A stretch of 64,000 nucleotides of DNA from Patescibacteria group bacterium (GTDB taxonomy: Bacteria > Patescibacteriota > CPR2 > UBA1875), in the NCBI GenBank assembly GCA_041737595.1, contig JBGSRK010000010.1, forward strand, positions 46,393 through 110,392, written 5' to 3'. Positions 36,980 to 46,979 of this stretch are shown here, one piece after another. The position numbers were made by a program, and so were the translations under genes. The notes beneath the pieces are model-generated. The model was not told the origin of the DNA. It did no database searches and was given only the letters and a program-made list of their open reading frames with translations. How positions within the stretch are numbered: position 1 is the stretch's first letter; each line of letters begins with the position of its first letter.

Positions 36980-38524
36980 TTATTTTGCGTATTCTACTGC
37001 CCTCGTCTCACGAATAACATTTACTTTAATTTGACCTGGATATTTAAGATCAGACTCAATTTTTCGGGCTACTTCTTTGGCTAATTTTTCAGCACCAAGA
37101 TCGTCTATTGCTTTAGGAGTAACCATCACACGAACTTCGCGGCCAGCTTGAATTGCAAAGGCTTTTTCAACCCCTTCAAAAGAAGTAGCTATGCCTTCTA
37201 GCTCAGTTAAGCGCTTAATATAATTATCCATTGAGTCTCTTCTTACCCCTGGGCGAGATGCAGAAATTGCATCAGCTGAAAGAATAATAATAGCTTCAAC
37301 GGTTTTTGGTTCAACATCTTCATGATGAGCTTCAACTGCATGTTGTATTTCTTCAGAGATTCCATATTTTTTACAAATATCTCGAGAAATAATAGCATGA
37401 GAGCCAGTCATTTCTTGATCAATTGCTTTACCTATATCATGCAGGAGACCAGCTTTTTTCGCAATTGCAACATCTGCACCCATCTCAGCAGCCATTGTAC
37501 CTGCAAGGTGTGCTGTTTCGATTGAGTGATCTAATACATTTTGAGAAAATGAGGTTCTAAATTTTAAACGGCCAATAACTTTTAAAAGTTCAACTGGAAG
37601 CCCAGCAACACCAGTTTCATAGGCTGCTCTTTCTCCGGCTTCTTTAACAATTTTATCAATATCAGCTTGTGCTTTTTCAACAGCTTCTTCAATTTTTGAA
37701 GGATGAATGCGACCGTCTGCTATTAAACGTTCTAGAGTTAGCTTAGCAACTTGTCGACGAACAGGGTCAAAACCTGAGATAACAATAGTTTCTGGAGTAT
37801 CATCAACAATAATATCGCAACCAGTTAATTTTTCGATTGCTTGGATATTTCTTCCTTCTCGGCCAATTATTCTTCCTTTCATTTCATCGCTTGGTAGGGT
37901 AATTGCAGTAACTGTGGATTCGGCGGTTTGATCTGAAGAAAGTCTTTGAATAGCAGTTGCAATTATTTCTCTTGCCTCTTTGTCTGCATCTTCTTTGGCG
38001 TCATCTTTTACTTTTCTAATTCTTTCAACAATATCTTTCTTATAATCTTTTTCTACCATTTCAAGTAATTTTTTTTGAGCATCGTCTTTTGAAAGTTTAG
38101 AAATCTTTTCTAAATTTTTTTCTTGTTTTTCTCGTAGGTCACGAAGATAATTTTTGTTTTCATCTATCTCTGCTTTATCTTTTTCTATTGCATCTCTTTT
38201 TGTGTCAATATCTGTTAATTTTTTATCAATTGATTCTTCTTTGATCGCAAGTCTTTTTTCCAGGTCTAATAGGTCTGATCTTCTTTCCTTTTCTTCTTTT
38301 TTTGCAATGTCAGTAATTTTTGAGGCTTCTTCTTTTGCATTAAGAATTGTTTCCTTTGCTTCGGACTTTGCGCTATCAATTACTTTTTGGGCCTGGGCTT
38401 CAGCATTTGAGGTTTGTGTTTTTGCTTTTACGTTGCGCGCCACCCAACCAGAAACACCCCCAGCCGTAAGCCCGACTACAAGCCAAACTAATATCGGTGT
38501 CATTTTCTCTCCTTTTCTCAACAC
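36980..38524 (-). CDS. rny: ribonuclease Y
   Basis: N-terminal TM anchor, long coiled coil, KH domain (IIGREGRNIQAIEKLTG) and HD domain (HSIETAHLAGTMAAEMG…LLHDIGK). Confidence 0.9.
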   Translation of the reverse strand: MLRKGEKMTPILVWLVVGLTAGGVSGWVARNVKAKTQTSNAEAQAQKVIDSAKSEAKETILNAKEEASKITDIAKKEEKERRSDLLDLEKRLAIKEESIDKKLTDIDTKRDAIEKDKAEIDENKNYLRDLREKQEKNLEKISKLSKDDAQKKLLEMVEKDYKKDIVERIRKVKDDAKEDADKEAREIIATAIQRLSSDQTAESTVTAITLPSDEMKGRIIGREGRNIQAIEKLTGCDIIVDDTPETIVISGFDPVRRQVAKLTLERLIADGRIHPSKIEEAVEKAQADIDKIVKEAGERAAYETGVAGLPVELLKVIGRLKFRTSFSQNVLDHSIETAHLAGTMAAEMGADVAIAKKAGLLHDIGKAIDQEMTGSHAIISRDICKKYGISEEIQHAVEAHHEDVEPKTVEAIIILSADAISASRPGVRRDSMDNYIKRLTELEGIATSFEGVEKAFAIQAGREVRVMVTPKAIDDLGAEKLAKEVARKIESDLKYPGQIKVNVIRETRAVEYAK

Positions 38525-38780
38525 TTAAAAGGCGGTTGAGTATAAGCCGCAAGCTGACAATATTTAGTCACATAACCTAGGTAGTTTTTAACTAGCCTGA
38601 TTATTTATATTTGAGATTTAAAGACAAAATAATATTTTGAGTCGGATTAATATGAATTTTTTAATATATTTTAGTTTCTCTAGGTTGTCAGCTTTTTATT
38701 TTAATTTCTAATTGGATTATAGCTCAAAATTAACTATTTTGCAATCTGTATTTTTCTCTATTTTAAAGTAAAATAGAGTT

Positions 38781-39638
38781 ATGAAACCAAAAATTTCTTA
38801 CCATTTTGCAAAACTTCCATTAACAAAACTTCATTATGCTAAATGTGGTAATGGAGAACCACTTATTATTGTCCCTGCAACTATCTCTGAAATTGATAAT
38901 TGGAAAGGTTTAATTGAATTTTTTGGGCAAAAATATACTGTATATTTTTTTGAACTTCCGGGCCATGGTAAATCAGAAAAGTTTTCAGGTAGATTTAAAA
39001 GCGAACTTGTTACGAAAACAGTCTCTGATTTAATTGACTTTTTAGGCTATAAAAAAGTAAATTTGATGGGTTTTTCTTTTGGAGGTATTTTAACAATTAA
39101 AATTTTAAATAAACTTACTTCAAAAATAGAAAAAACTATTTTAGTATCCCCTTGTTTAACAAATAAAGCACTTACTCATAAAAAATGGCAACTTTTGTCT
39201 ATTAGATTATTAACTAAAATATTGCGACCAAAAATATCTCAAAAAATTATTTTAAAAATAATGCATGGTCAAAGAACATCAAAAATCATAATGTGGATAT
39301 TAGAAAAAATTGGTAAAGTTGAACATTTGAATGAATTAAGAAAAAAAATACTCATATTCCCAGCGGAAAAACTAGATGTTGTTATATATCAAATAGATGA
39401 AATCCTAAATACTAATTTTAAATATATTAAAGAACAATTTGAAAATAAATTATATTTTGCAATGTCTACAAATGACCCTTTGCTTAATTATCAAACCACT
39501 GAAAATGAAATAAAAAGACTATTTAAAAAAACCTACATCCATAAATTTGACTTCCCTTATCACCAACCCCCAAAACCATTTACTTGTGAAGGATTAAATG
39601 AAAATTATAGAGATTTACTAAGTGAAATAGTTAAATAG
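38781..39638 (+). CDS. alpha/beta hydrolase family protein
   Basis: HG oxyanion region (FELPGHGKSE) and nucleophile elbow NLMGFSFGG. Confidence 0.55.
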   Translation: MKPKISYHFAKLPLTKLHYAKCGNGEPLIIVPATISEIDNWKGLIEFFGQKYTVYFFELPGHGKSEKFSGRFKSELVTKTVSDLIDFLGYKKVNLMGFSFGGILTIKILNKLTSKIEKTILVSPCLTNKALTHKKWQLLSIRLLTKILRPKISQKIILKIMHGQRTSKIIMWILEKIGKVEHLNELRKKILIFPAEKLDVVIYQIDEILNTNFKYIKEQFENKLYFAMSTNDPLLNYQTTENEIKRLFKKTYIHKFDFPYHQPPKPFTCEGLNENYRDLLSEIVK

Positions 39639-40181
39639 TTATAGTTTTAGATATTTTTTTAATTTCTCAAAAGCTAATCTTCTCATACTAATTTTGTTTT
39701 TTTCTGCAGGTGACATTTCTGCAAAAGTTTTATTATAACCTTCTGGAATGAATATTGGTTCCCAACCAAAATCACTTGAACCCATTTGATCAACAATTTT
39801 CCCTAAATTTTCACCTTTAAAAAATTTTATTTCATCTCTGTTTTTTGCATATCCAATTAGTGTTACTGCTCTTGCCCCATCTTTACCTATTTTTTTAGCA
39901 ATATTTGAAAGACCAGTATTCCCAATCGTTTTCATAAACCATTTAATTAACGGTCCAGGTAAATCTTTCCCTAGAGCTTCCATATATAATGAAGTATCTT
40001 CAACAATAAATGGTCCTTTGTGATGTTTAAATGCTTCTTTTAATTTTTCATTGATTATTTTATGTGGGTCGATTTCTTGTATTTCTGGCAAATCAATATC
40101 AATCCCTTCGATCTTATCATCCCCTAATATAGCTTTTGCTTCAGCTAATTTAAATTTACTCCCAGTAATAAAATATATCAT
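39639..40181 (-). CDS. rdgB: non-canonical purine NTP pyrophosphatase (Ham1/RdgB/ITPase)
   Basis: FITGSKFKLAEA…, FGWEPIFIPEGYNKTFAEMSPAEKNKISMR C-terminal signature. Confidence 0.85.
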   Translation of the reverse strand: MIYFITGSKFKLAEAKAILGDDKIEGIDIDLPEIQEIDPHKIINEKLKEAFKHHKGPFIVEDTSLYMEALGKDLPGPLIKWFMKTIGNTGLSNIAKKIGKDGARAVTLIGYAKNRDEIKFFKGENLGKIVDQMGSSDFGWEPIFIPEGYNKTFAEMSPAEKNKISMRRLAFEKLKKYLKL

Positions 40182-40585
40182 TTTAATCCTTTAGGTTTAG
40201 TTATTATTGGTTCTGAGCCATAGAATGGCAATGCGATTTTTTTTGGATCGTCTAAATTAATTATTTTTTTTGTCTTTGTTTCGTAAATTGGTATATTAAG
40301 AGCAAATGCAATACCATTAGCAAAAGAAATACCTATTCTAAGACCCGTAAAACTTCCTGGTCCAACAAAAACACAAATACCCAATAAATCACCGGGTTTA
40401 ATAATAGATTCATTGAAAATATCGGTGTACTTTTTTGAAAGAGTAGCTGAAAGTTCTCTCCCTGCCATCCAAGTAATCGATTTTATAATTTCTTTTGATT
40501 TACAAATAGAAATAGTAGCTTCTACATCTGCTGTATCAATATATAAAATGTAATTATCTGATTTCAAGTTCTCTTTCATGTTCAC
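40178..40585 (-). CDS. tsaB: tRNA t6A biosynthesis protein TsaB (YeaZ), short form
   Basis: GPGSFTGLRIGISFANGIA signature. Only 135 aa (N-domain only). Adjacent to tsaE. Confidence 0.7.
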   Translation of the reverse strand: MNMKENLKSDNYILYIDTADVEATISICKSKEIIKSITWMAGRELSATLSKKYTDIFNESIIKPGDLLGICVFVGPGSFTGLRIGISFANGIAFALNIPIYETKTKKIINLDDPKKIALPFYGSEPIITKPKGLK

Positions 40586-40967
40586 CTTTCCATTTAAAAT
40601 TAATTGAAGTATATTTACTCGGTTTAAAATCTCCTAATCTATCTGCCCATTCAACTGCTAAAACACCATTTTTATCTTTAATTGCTTCTTCTATTAAAAG
40701 TTTTATATCCTGGTCTAACACTTCTTCTCTATATAAATCAAAATGATAAAGACTAATTTTAGGTCCGTTATAAATTTTTTCATATGTAAATGTTGGGCTT
40801 GTTATATCTTCTGAAATTAAAAGCCCTTTAGCTAACCCTTTTACAAATTGAGTCTTTCCACCGCCGAGCTCTCCGGACAATAGAAAAACTTCGCCACCTT
40901 TGCATTTTTTGCCATAGGTTTCTCCAATATTTTTCGTATCCTTCTCGCTCGATGTTAAATGTAGCAA
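40554..40967 (-). CDS. tsaE: tRNA t6A biosynthesis ATPase TsaE (YjeE)
   Basis: Walker A LSGELGGGKTQFVKG and a typical ~140 aa size. Confidence 0.8.
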   Translation of the reverse strand: MLHLTSSEKDTKNIGETYGKKCKGGEVFLLSGELGGGKTQFVKGLAKGLLISEDITSPTFTYEKIYNGPKISLYHFDLYREEVLDQDIKLLIEEAIKDKNGVLAVEWADRLGDFKPSKYTSINFKWKGEHERELEIR

Positions 40968-42129
40968 ATATTTTTTCCTTGTTTACGTATAAAGTATAGG
41001 CAAAGGCAGAAAAAATTGCTACCCCGATAAATATTATTCCAAGCATTTTATCTGAAGGACTAGTGTTATTAAATGGTTTATCAAATATATTACTTATTTT
41101 GGGTTCATTTTGTGACCCCATTACCTCAGCTGAAGGGACTGTCCCCTTTTTTGTTTTAATTTTTATGTCTGATGCTTCTGTTTTTTTTTGGGACATAACT
41201 GCCCCTAAAGTATCTGTAATTGATTCATATGTAATAATATTCTTTGCCGCAGGAGTTGGGGTTTTTGTCCATTGCCATTTTTCACCATTAAAAGCATATG
41301 AATAACCTTTTTTTGAGGCCCCAAAACTTGTACCACTATCATCAAAAATAACTCCCATACCATCTATTAATACTAACCCATCACCATCATTATTTAATGA
41401 TATGCCGGTTTTATCAGAATAAAAAACCATATACTGGCCTTCTGAAATATTTATTCCTTCTGGAACTGTATATTTTTTTATACTTCCAAGTTTATCTGAA
41501 ATTATTAGGCCTGAAATATCCTTTGAAACTTCAGAATTATATATTTCAAACCATTCTTTACCATCTTCGGGGGATGGCATAATTTCTGTTAAACATAAAC
41601 CACTATAATCCTTGTTATTAATTATTTGTTTTTCATAGAAATCATAATAGTTATTATCTGTGTCAGTTGTATTTTTACGGTACCAAATATTGTTTTTAGC
41701 AGATGGAGCAGGCTTTGTTTCAAAATCTGACGACTTACCAAAACCAACTTTATCAACTATTGTTTTACCCGAATCAGAAAAAAGTATTATCGAGTTATCT
41801 TCAGATATAGAATAATCTGTGGAATAATAAATGTCTGGATTTTCAGTACTATCTTTGTGCCCTATTATTAATGACTCATTTGGCCTGATTTCTGCTGAGG
41901 GGAATTCTGTAATTAAATTGTATTTACTCCCTGATGCAGTTTTTTTAGCAAGTTGCCAACCTATAATATTAATATTTTCAGATGAAATATTTCTTAGTTC
42001 AACAAACTCATCAGTAGTTTTTTCACCAGCCACTTTATAAGAATAAATTATTATATTGTTTGATACGGCAAATACAGGAAGTTGGACAGATAATAATAAA
42101 CAAAATAATATTATCATTTTAATAAACAT
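40828..42129 (-). CDS. secreted/membrane-anchored protein with two lamin-tail (LTD) domains and a C-terminal TM helix
   Basis: N-terminal signal-like segment. Two LTD-like blocks (…DEFVELRNIS…IIGW; …KEWFEIYNSEV…ISGL). C-terminal TM GIIFIGVAIFSAFAYTLYV. The 3' 140 nt overlaps tsaE out of frame. Confidence 0.55.
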   Translation of the reverse strand: MFIKMIILFCLLLSVQLPVFAVSNNIIIYSYKVAGEKTTDEFVELRNISSENINIIGWQLAKKTASGSKYNLITEFPSAEIRPNESLIIGHKDSTENPDIYYSTDYSISEDNSIILFSDSGKTIVDKVGFGKSSDFETKPAPSAKNNIWYRKNTTDTDNNYYDFYEKQIINNKDYSGLCLTEIMPSPEDGKEWFEIYNSEVSKDISGLIISDKLGSIKKYTVPEGINISEGQYMVFYSDKTGISLNNDGDGLVLIDGMGVIFDDSGTSFGASKKGYSYAFNGEKWQWTKTPTPAAKNIITYESITDTLGAVMSQKKTEASDIKIKTKKGTVPSAEVMGSQNEPKISNIFDKPFNNTSPSDKMLGIIFIGVAIFSAFAYTLYVNKEKIFATFNIEREGYEKYWRNLWQKMQRWRSFSIVRRARRWKDSICKRVS

Positions 42130-42262
42130 AAGTATATTATAATACTTATGTTTGGATACTCAAGAGTTATTTATAAAAAATCATTATTATATAGCCAAAA
42201 AAAATATAACTTTTTTTCTGCTTTTTTTAGTCCTCTTAGTGCGTTAAAATAATATTATCATA

Positions 42263-44233
42263 TTGGAGGGGAAGTACTTGATTAAACTAAAAACTGAAGA
42301 GTTAAAAAAACTATTAACTAGCAATCATCTTATTACCGATGCAAAAATTATTGAGATTGAAAAGCTTGCCGAAAGCCAACATAAATCTTTTCAAGATATG
42401 CTAGTAGATAAGAAAGTGATTACTGAAAAAGACCTAGTAAAAATTTATGGTCAAGCTTTTGACATTCCATATATTGATCTCTCACAAATTGAAGTTAAAA
42501 AAGATATTTTAAATAGGCTATCAGAAAAAATTGCTAGAAGATACCAAGCGGTTGTTTTTGATGAAGAAGAAGGTGCACTTTCACTAGCAATGGCAGACCC
42601 ATTAGATGTTCAAGCTGAACAATTTATAGAAAAAGAGTTAGGATATTCAACAAAAGTATATATATCATCATCTTCAGATATTTCCCAAATTTTAGATTTA
42701 TATAAAGAAGGAATATCTTCAGAAATTTCAAAAGTAATTAAAGATACAGAAGAAATTTCAATAGACGAAGAAGGTATAGAAGAAAATGCTTCTGCAGAAA
42801 ATGTACAAGAAATTGTTCAAGAAGCCCCAATAGCAAGAGCTTTAAATATAGTTTTAGAATATGCAGCTAAATCAAGAGCCTCTGATATCCATATTGAACC
42901 AAGAGAAGGTTTTATACAGGTTAGATTTAGAGTTGATGGCATTCTTCAAGACACAATGACACTCCCAAGACAGATTCTTTCAGCAATTGTTACAAGAATT
43001 AAAATTTTATCAAACCTAAGAATTGATGAACACCGAATCCCTCAAGATGGGAGAATAAAGATAAAAGTTGGGACAAGAACTATTTCAATTCGTGTTTCAA
43101 CGCTTCCAATTATTGATGGTGAAAAAGTTGTTATGAGACTTTTAGATGAATCAAATAAAGCTCCAACTCTTGAGGAACTTGGTTTTTCTGGAATGGCACT
43201 TTTGGGTATAAAAACAGCCCTATCACAACCACATGGTATGCTTCTCGTAACAGGACCAACGGGTTCTGGAAAATCGACAACGCTTTATTCAGCAATTTCT
43301 ATGCTTAATTCAATGGAAGTAAATATTTCTACTGTTGAAGACCCTATTGAATATAAAATACCAGGGGTAAACCAAACTCAAGCAAATGTAAAAGCAGGGA
43401 TGACTTTTGCTTCTGGTTTGAGAGCCCTTTTAAGACAAGATCCTGACATAATAATGGTAGGTGAAGTAAGAGATAAGGAAACTGCCGAAATGGCTGTCCA
43501 CGCTGCCCTAACAGGTCATGTGGTTCTTTCTACTCTTCATACAAACAATGCGGCTGGTTGTCTCCCAAGACTTTTAGATATGGAAGTTGAACCTTTTCTT
43601 ATTGCCTCAACCGTTAATGCTGTAATTGGCCAAAGATTAGTAAGAAAACTTTGTCCAGAATGTCGAGAGGCATATCAAGTATCTAAAGAAGAAATTGAGG
43701 AAATTATTAATGCTTTCGACCTCGATCGTAATTTCCTTTCCACTACTCCTCCAAAAGAAGCTATACGTGAAATACAAAAAGTTACAGCAAATTATGGTGA
43801 AAAAATAATTGCAGCCCCAAAAACAATTACTCAAAAAGAATCAATATTAGATCGAATTGCAAAAGACCCTAATATAATTAATCGTTCTCTTTCTGAAGCG
43901 GACAAAAATGAAGGTGTATCAATTGGAGAAACTATATTTTCAAATGAAGATAAAAAAAGTGTATCGCATAATCACGAACTTTCATTAACACTTTATCGGG
44001 CAAAAGGGTGTAAAAAGTGCGCATCTACTGGCTATTTGGGAAGAGTTGGAATATATGAGGTACTTCAAGTGACAGAAAAAATTGGCTCAATGATAATTTC
44101 CCATGCTTCAACAGATACAATTCAAAAAGAAGCAGTAACAGGTGGAATGGTTACAATGGCACAAGATGGATTTATTAAATCATTAATCGGAGTAACGAGT
44201 GTTGAGGAAGTAATGAGAGTCACAAGAGAATAA
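42263..44233 (+). CDS. pilB: type IV pilus assembly ATPase PilB (GspE family)
   Basis: T2SSE_N domain, Walker A VTGPTGSGKST, Asp/His boxes, tetracysteine CPEC…CKKC. TTG start (alternative TTG at 42278, 7 nt after GGAGGGG). Confidence 0.9.
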   Translation: MEGKYLIKLKTEELKKLLTSNHLITDAKIIEIEKLAESQHKSFQDMLVDKKVITEKDLVKIYGQAFDIPYIDLSQIEVKKDILNRLSEKIARRYQAVVFDEEEGALSLAMADPLDVQAEQFIEKELGYSTKVYISSSSDISQILDLYKEGISSEISKVIKDTEEISIDEEGIEENASAENVQEIVQEAPIARALNIVLEYAAKSRASDIHIEPREGFIQVRFRVDGILQDTMTLPRQILSAIVTRIKILSNLRIDEHRIPQDGRIKIKVGTRTISIRVSTLPIIDGEKVVMRLLDESNKAPTLEELGFSGMALLGIKTALSQPHGMLLVTGPTGSGKSTTLYSAISMLNSMEVNISTVEDPIEYKIPGVNQTQANVKAGMTFASGLRALLRQDPDIIMVGEVRDKETAEMAVHAALTGHVVLSTLHTNNAAGCLPRLLDMEVEPFLIASTVNAVIGQRLVRKLCPECREAYQVSKEEIEEIINAFDLDRNFLSTTPPKEAIREIQKVTANYGEKIIAAPKTITQKESILDRIAKDPNIINRSLSEADKNEGVSIGETIFSNEDKKSVSHNHELSLTLYRAKGCKKCASTGYLGRVGIYEVLQVTEKIGSMIISHASTDTIQKEAVTGGMVTMAQDGFIKSLIGVTSVEEVMRVTRE

Positions 44234-44234
44234 T

Positions 44235-45443
44235 ATGAAAACATATAACTATTTAGCAAAAAATAATAAGGGTGAAATTTCCAAAGGTTCATTAGAAGCT
44301 GAAAATAATGAATCAGCAGCAGAAGCAATAGAAAACCAATCACTTACACCAATTTCAATAAAAGCAAAAGAGAAAACAGATGTAATCGCTTATATAAATA
44401 CAATTGGCTCAATCCCTACTTCAGAAAAAGTAATGTTTGCAAAACAACTTGCAACTTTAATTTCTGCTGGAATTCCTATTTCACAATCAATGCATATTTT
44501 AGAATCTCAAACTCAAAATGATAAATTAAAAAAAGCAGTTGTTGAGATTGCAGCTGATATTGAGGGGGGTCTTTCACTTTCTTCAGCGATGGAAAAACAA
44601 AAAGGTGTTTTTAATGCATTGTATGTAAGTATGATAAAGGCTGGTGAAGTCGGGGGGATTCTTGAACAAACTCTTGAAAAAATTTCTGAAGAGATTGAAA
44701 AAGAACATGACCTTGTAGTAAAAATTAGAGGAGCAATGGCTTACCCTGCAGTTATATTTGTTGCAATGATTGGGGTTGTAATATATATGGTTACCTCTAT
44801 TATTCCTCAAATTGGAAAAATATTCGGAGAATTAGGTGGTAAATTACCCGCAAGTACCCAATTTATGATGGATTTGAGTGAGATAATTAAGAATTATGGT
44901 ATTTTAATCGCAATTGGAATTGCATTCTCAATTTTTGGAATTAGAATTCTATTAAAACGTAATGATAAATTTAGATATAATTTCCATAAAATTCTAAATA
45001 AACTCCCATTATTTGGCAAATTAATTGTTAAGGTTAATGTTTCTAGATTTTCAAGAACACTTGGATCGCTTCTTTCTTCTGGGGTAACGGTTCTTGAGGC
45101 TATGAAAGTTGCTGCAAATACAATCCAAAATGAAGTTTTTAGAAAAGAAATAAAAGAAGCCGCAGAAAAAGTAAAAAATGGCTCCTCTGTTGCAGATTCA
45201 CTAAAAAATTCTAAAAATTTTCCTATGATTGTTTCTCAGATGATTGCCGTTGGAGAAGAAACTGGAACAATGGATAAAATATTAGATAAACTCACCGAAT
45301 ATTATGAAAAGGAAATTTCGAATGCTGTGGGAACACTTTCAAGTCTTATAGAGCCATTAATGATGATCATTGCAGGTATTGTTGTAGGGTTTATTGTTAT
45401 ATCAGTTATATCTCCAATATATGAGATGGGTAATTTATTTTAA
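44235..45443 (+). CDS. pilC: type IV pilus platform protein PilC (GspF family)
   Basis: Two GspF repeats, ~3 TM, 402 aa, immediately after pilB. Confidence 0.9.
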   Translation: MKTYNYLAKNNKGEISKGSLEAENNESAAEAIENQSLTPISIKAKEKTDVIAYINTIGSIPTSEKVMFAKQLATLISAGIPISQSMHILESQTQNDKLKKAVVEIAADIEGGLSLSSAMEKQKGVFNALYVSMIKAGEVGGILEQTLEKISEEIEKEHDLVVKIRGAMAYPAVIFVAMIGVVIYMVTSIIPQIGKIFGELGGKLPASTQFMMDLSEIIKNYGILIAIGIAFSIFGIRILLKRNDKFRYNFHKILNKLPLFGKLIVKVNVSRFSRTLGSLLSSGVTVLEAMKVAANTIQNEVFRKEIKEAAEKVKNGSSVADSLKNSKNFPMIVSQMIAVGEETGTMDKILDKLTEYYEKEISNAVGTLSSLIEPLMMIIAGIVVGFIVISVISPIYEMGNLF

Positions 45444-45519
45444 TATTGATTTGACATTAAAGAGTAAAGTTATCATAATTTAGAAGTAACTCAAAATGAG
45501 TTAGAAAGGGGGTGAAAAA

Positions 45520-45900
45520 ATGAAAAAAGGTTTTACGCTTATCGAGCTTCTTATCGTAATCGTGATCATCGGCATTCTTGCCGTGATTGTTGTTGGATTG
45601 GTGGCCACCAATAGCAAGAATCGTGCGAACGACGCGCGCAAAAAATCAATTATGCGCGAAGTTCAAACTGCACTTGAACAATATATGATTGATAATGACA
45701 CTTATCCTGCAGATATAGCTACGCTATATACGGATAATGATTATCTAACTGAGGCCCCTGAAGTAATAGATGAAGATGCTTATGGGTATGTTACTGCAAA
45801 TGATGATACAGAATATACTCTAACCGTTGATATGTCTAATGCTAATGATAAAGGACCAAACGTTGAAGATGGTGTTTATACATTAACTCAAAAGCAATAG
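45520..45900 (+). CDS. pilA: type IV pilin (major pilin candidate)
   Basis: Class III signal MKKGFTLIELLIVIVIIGILA (G|FTLIE cleavage/methylation motif). Strong GGGGGTGA RBS. Followed by a terminator. Confidence 0.85.
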   Translation: MKKGFTLIELLIVIVIIGILAVIVVGLVATNSKNRANDARKKSIMREVQTALEQYMIDNDTYPADIATLYTDNDYLTEAPEVIDEDAYGYVTANDDTEYTLTVDMSNANDKGPNVEDGVYTLTQKQ

Positions 45901-45904
45901 TTTA

Positions 45905-45945
45905 AATTCAAAAACTCCCAAGGATTTCTGCGGGAGTTTTTGAAT
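45905..45945 (+). terminator. rho-independent terminator after pilA (AAAACTCCC-loop-GGGAGTTTTT)
   Basis: 9-bp stem plus T-run seen directly. Confidence 0.5.
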
Positions 45946-46389
45946 TATCAAATCCGCTGTATAATAATAAAGGGGGATACAATAATTAAAAACTCAAAAT
46001 TAAAAATTAAAAATTTTAAACATGGATTTACTCTTCTTGAAATCATTATTCTTCTTTCTATTATTTCTATAATGATGTCTGGAATATTAACTCTTTTTTT
46101 TAATGTAATCACAGTAAATAAATCAGCTGAATATTATTCAACCGCATACAAATTAATGGATTCAAAAATTGAAGAGCTCAGAGGTACTTCTTTTGAAACT
46201 ATAATAGATGATACTTATCAAATATCTGAATTACCTCAAGGGGAAGGAATAATAAGTATATCCAATGAGATTGATGGCGCTCCCCAATCAGATATTATAA
46301 AAGTAGATTTAAATATTTCTTGGTATTTTAAGAAAAAAAATCAAATTAGAGAAGTCACATATATTACTAAGGGTGGAATAAAAAAGTGA
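45940..46389 (+). CDS. minor pilin / pseudopilin
   Basis: Prepilin motif KHGFTLLEIIILLSIISIM after a long leader. Confidence 0.6.
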   Translation: MNYQIRCIIIKGDTIIKNSKLKIKNFKHGFTLLEIIILLSIISIMMSGILTLFFNVITVNKSAEYYSTAYKLMDSKIEELRGTSFETIIDDTYQISELPQGEGIISISNEIDGAPQSDIIKVDLNISWYFKKKNQIREVTYITKGGIKK

Positions 46390-46979
46390 AATTTCAAATT
46401 AAAAATTATAAATTAAAAATTATTAAAGGGTTTACCTTAATTGAACTTTTAATTTCAATTTCATTACTTGGGATAATACTTGCGGCAACTGTATCAATTT
46501 TTGTCACAGCATTAAAAAATTACCAGGTTAATTTCCAAAAAAGCACAATGCAAAAAGAAATTAACTTTACTTTAGATTCAATTGGAAATGACATTAAAAG
46601 TGGAGCTGTAATTGAAGGGTCTTATGAAGATTTTGTTAGCTCAGGTAATACTATAATAATTGGGATTCCAGCCGTAGATGATGACAATAATTTTATTTAT
46701 ACTGGAGATGCAATAGAACTTGACTATTTTGTTTATTATCAGGCCGGGCAAACAATTAAAAAACATATTTATGCAAACTCTCTAGGCAAAAGAACCGGGC
46801 AAGACGGTAGTGACTATGTAATACTAGATAATTTAAACACTCTTTCTTTCGAATATACACCTGGGTTAGCTTCGGCAAATCAAATTAAAACAACAATTGA
46901 AACAGTAAAAAATATTAGCAATACAAATGTTAAAATGACCGAATCAAAAATTACTAACCTAAGAAATACAAATGAATAA
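46386..46979 (+). CDS. minor pilin / pseudopilin
   Basis: Prepilin motif KGFTLIELLISISLLGIILA. Confidence 0.65.
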   Translation: MKFQIKNYKLKIIKGFTLIELLISISLLGIILAATVSIFVTALKNYQVNFQKSTMQKEINFTLDSIGNDIKSGAVIEGSYEDFVSSGNTIIIGIPAVDDDNNFIYTGDAIELDYFVYYQAGQTIKKHIYANSLGKRTGQDGSDYVILDNLNTLSFEYTPGLASANQIKTTIETVKNISNTNVKMTESKITNLRNTNE

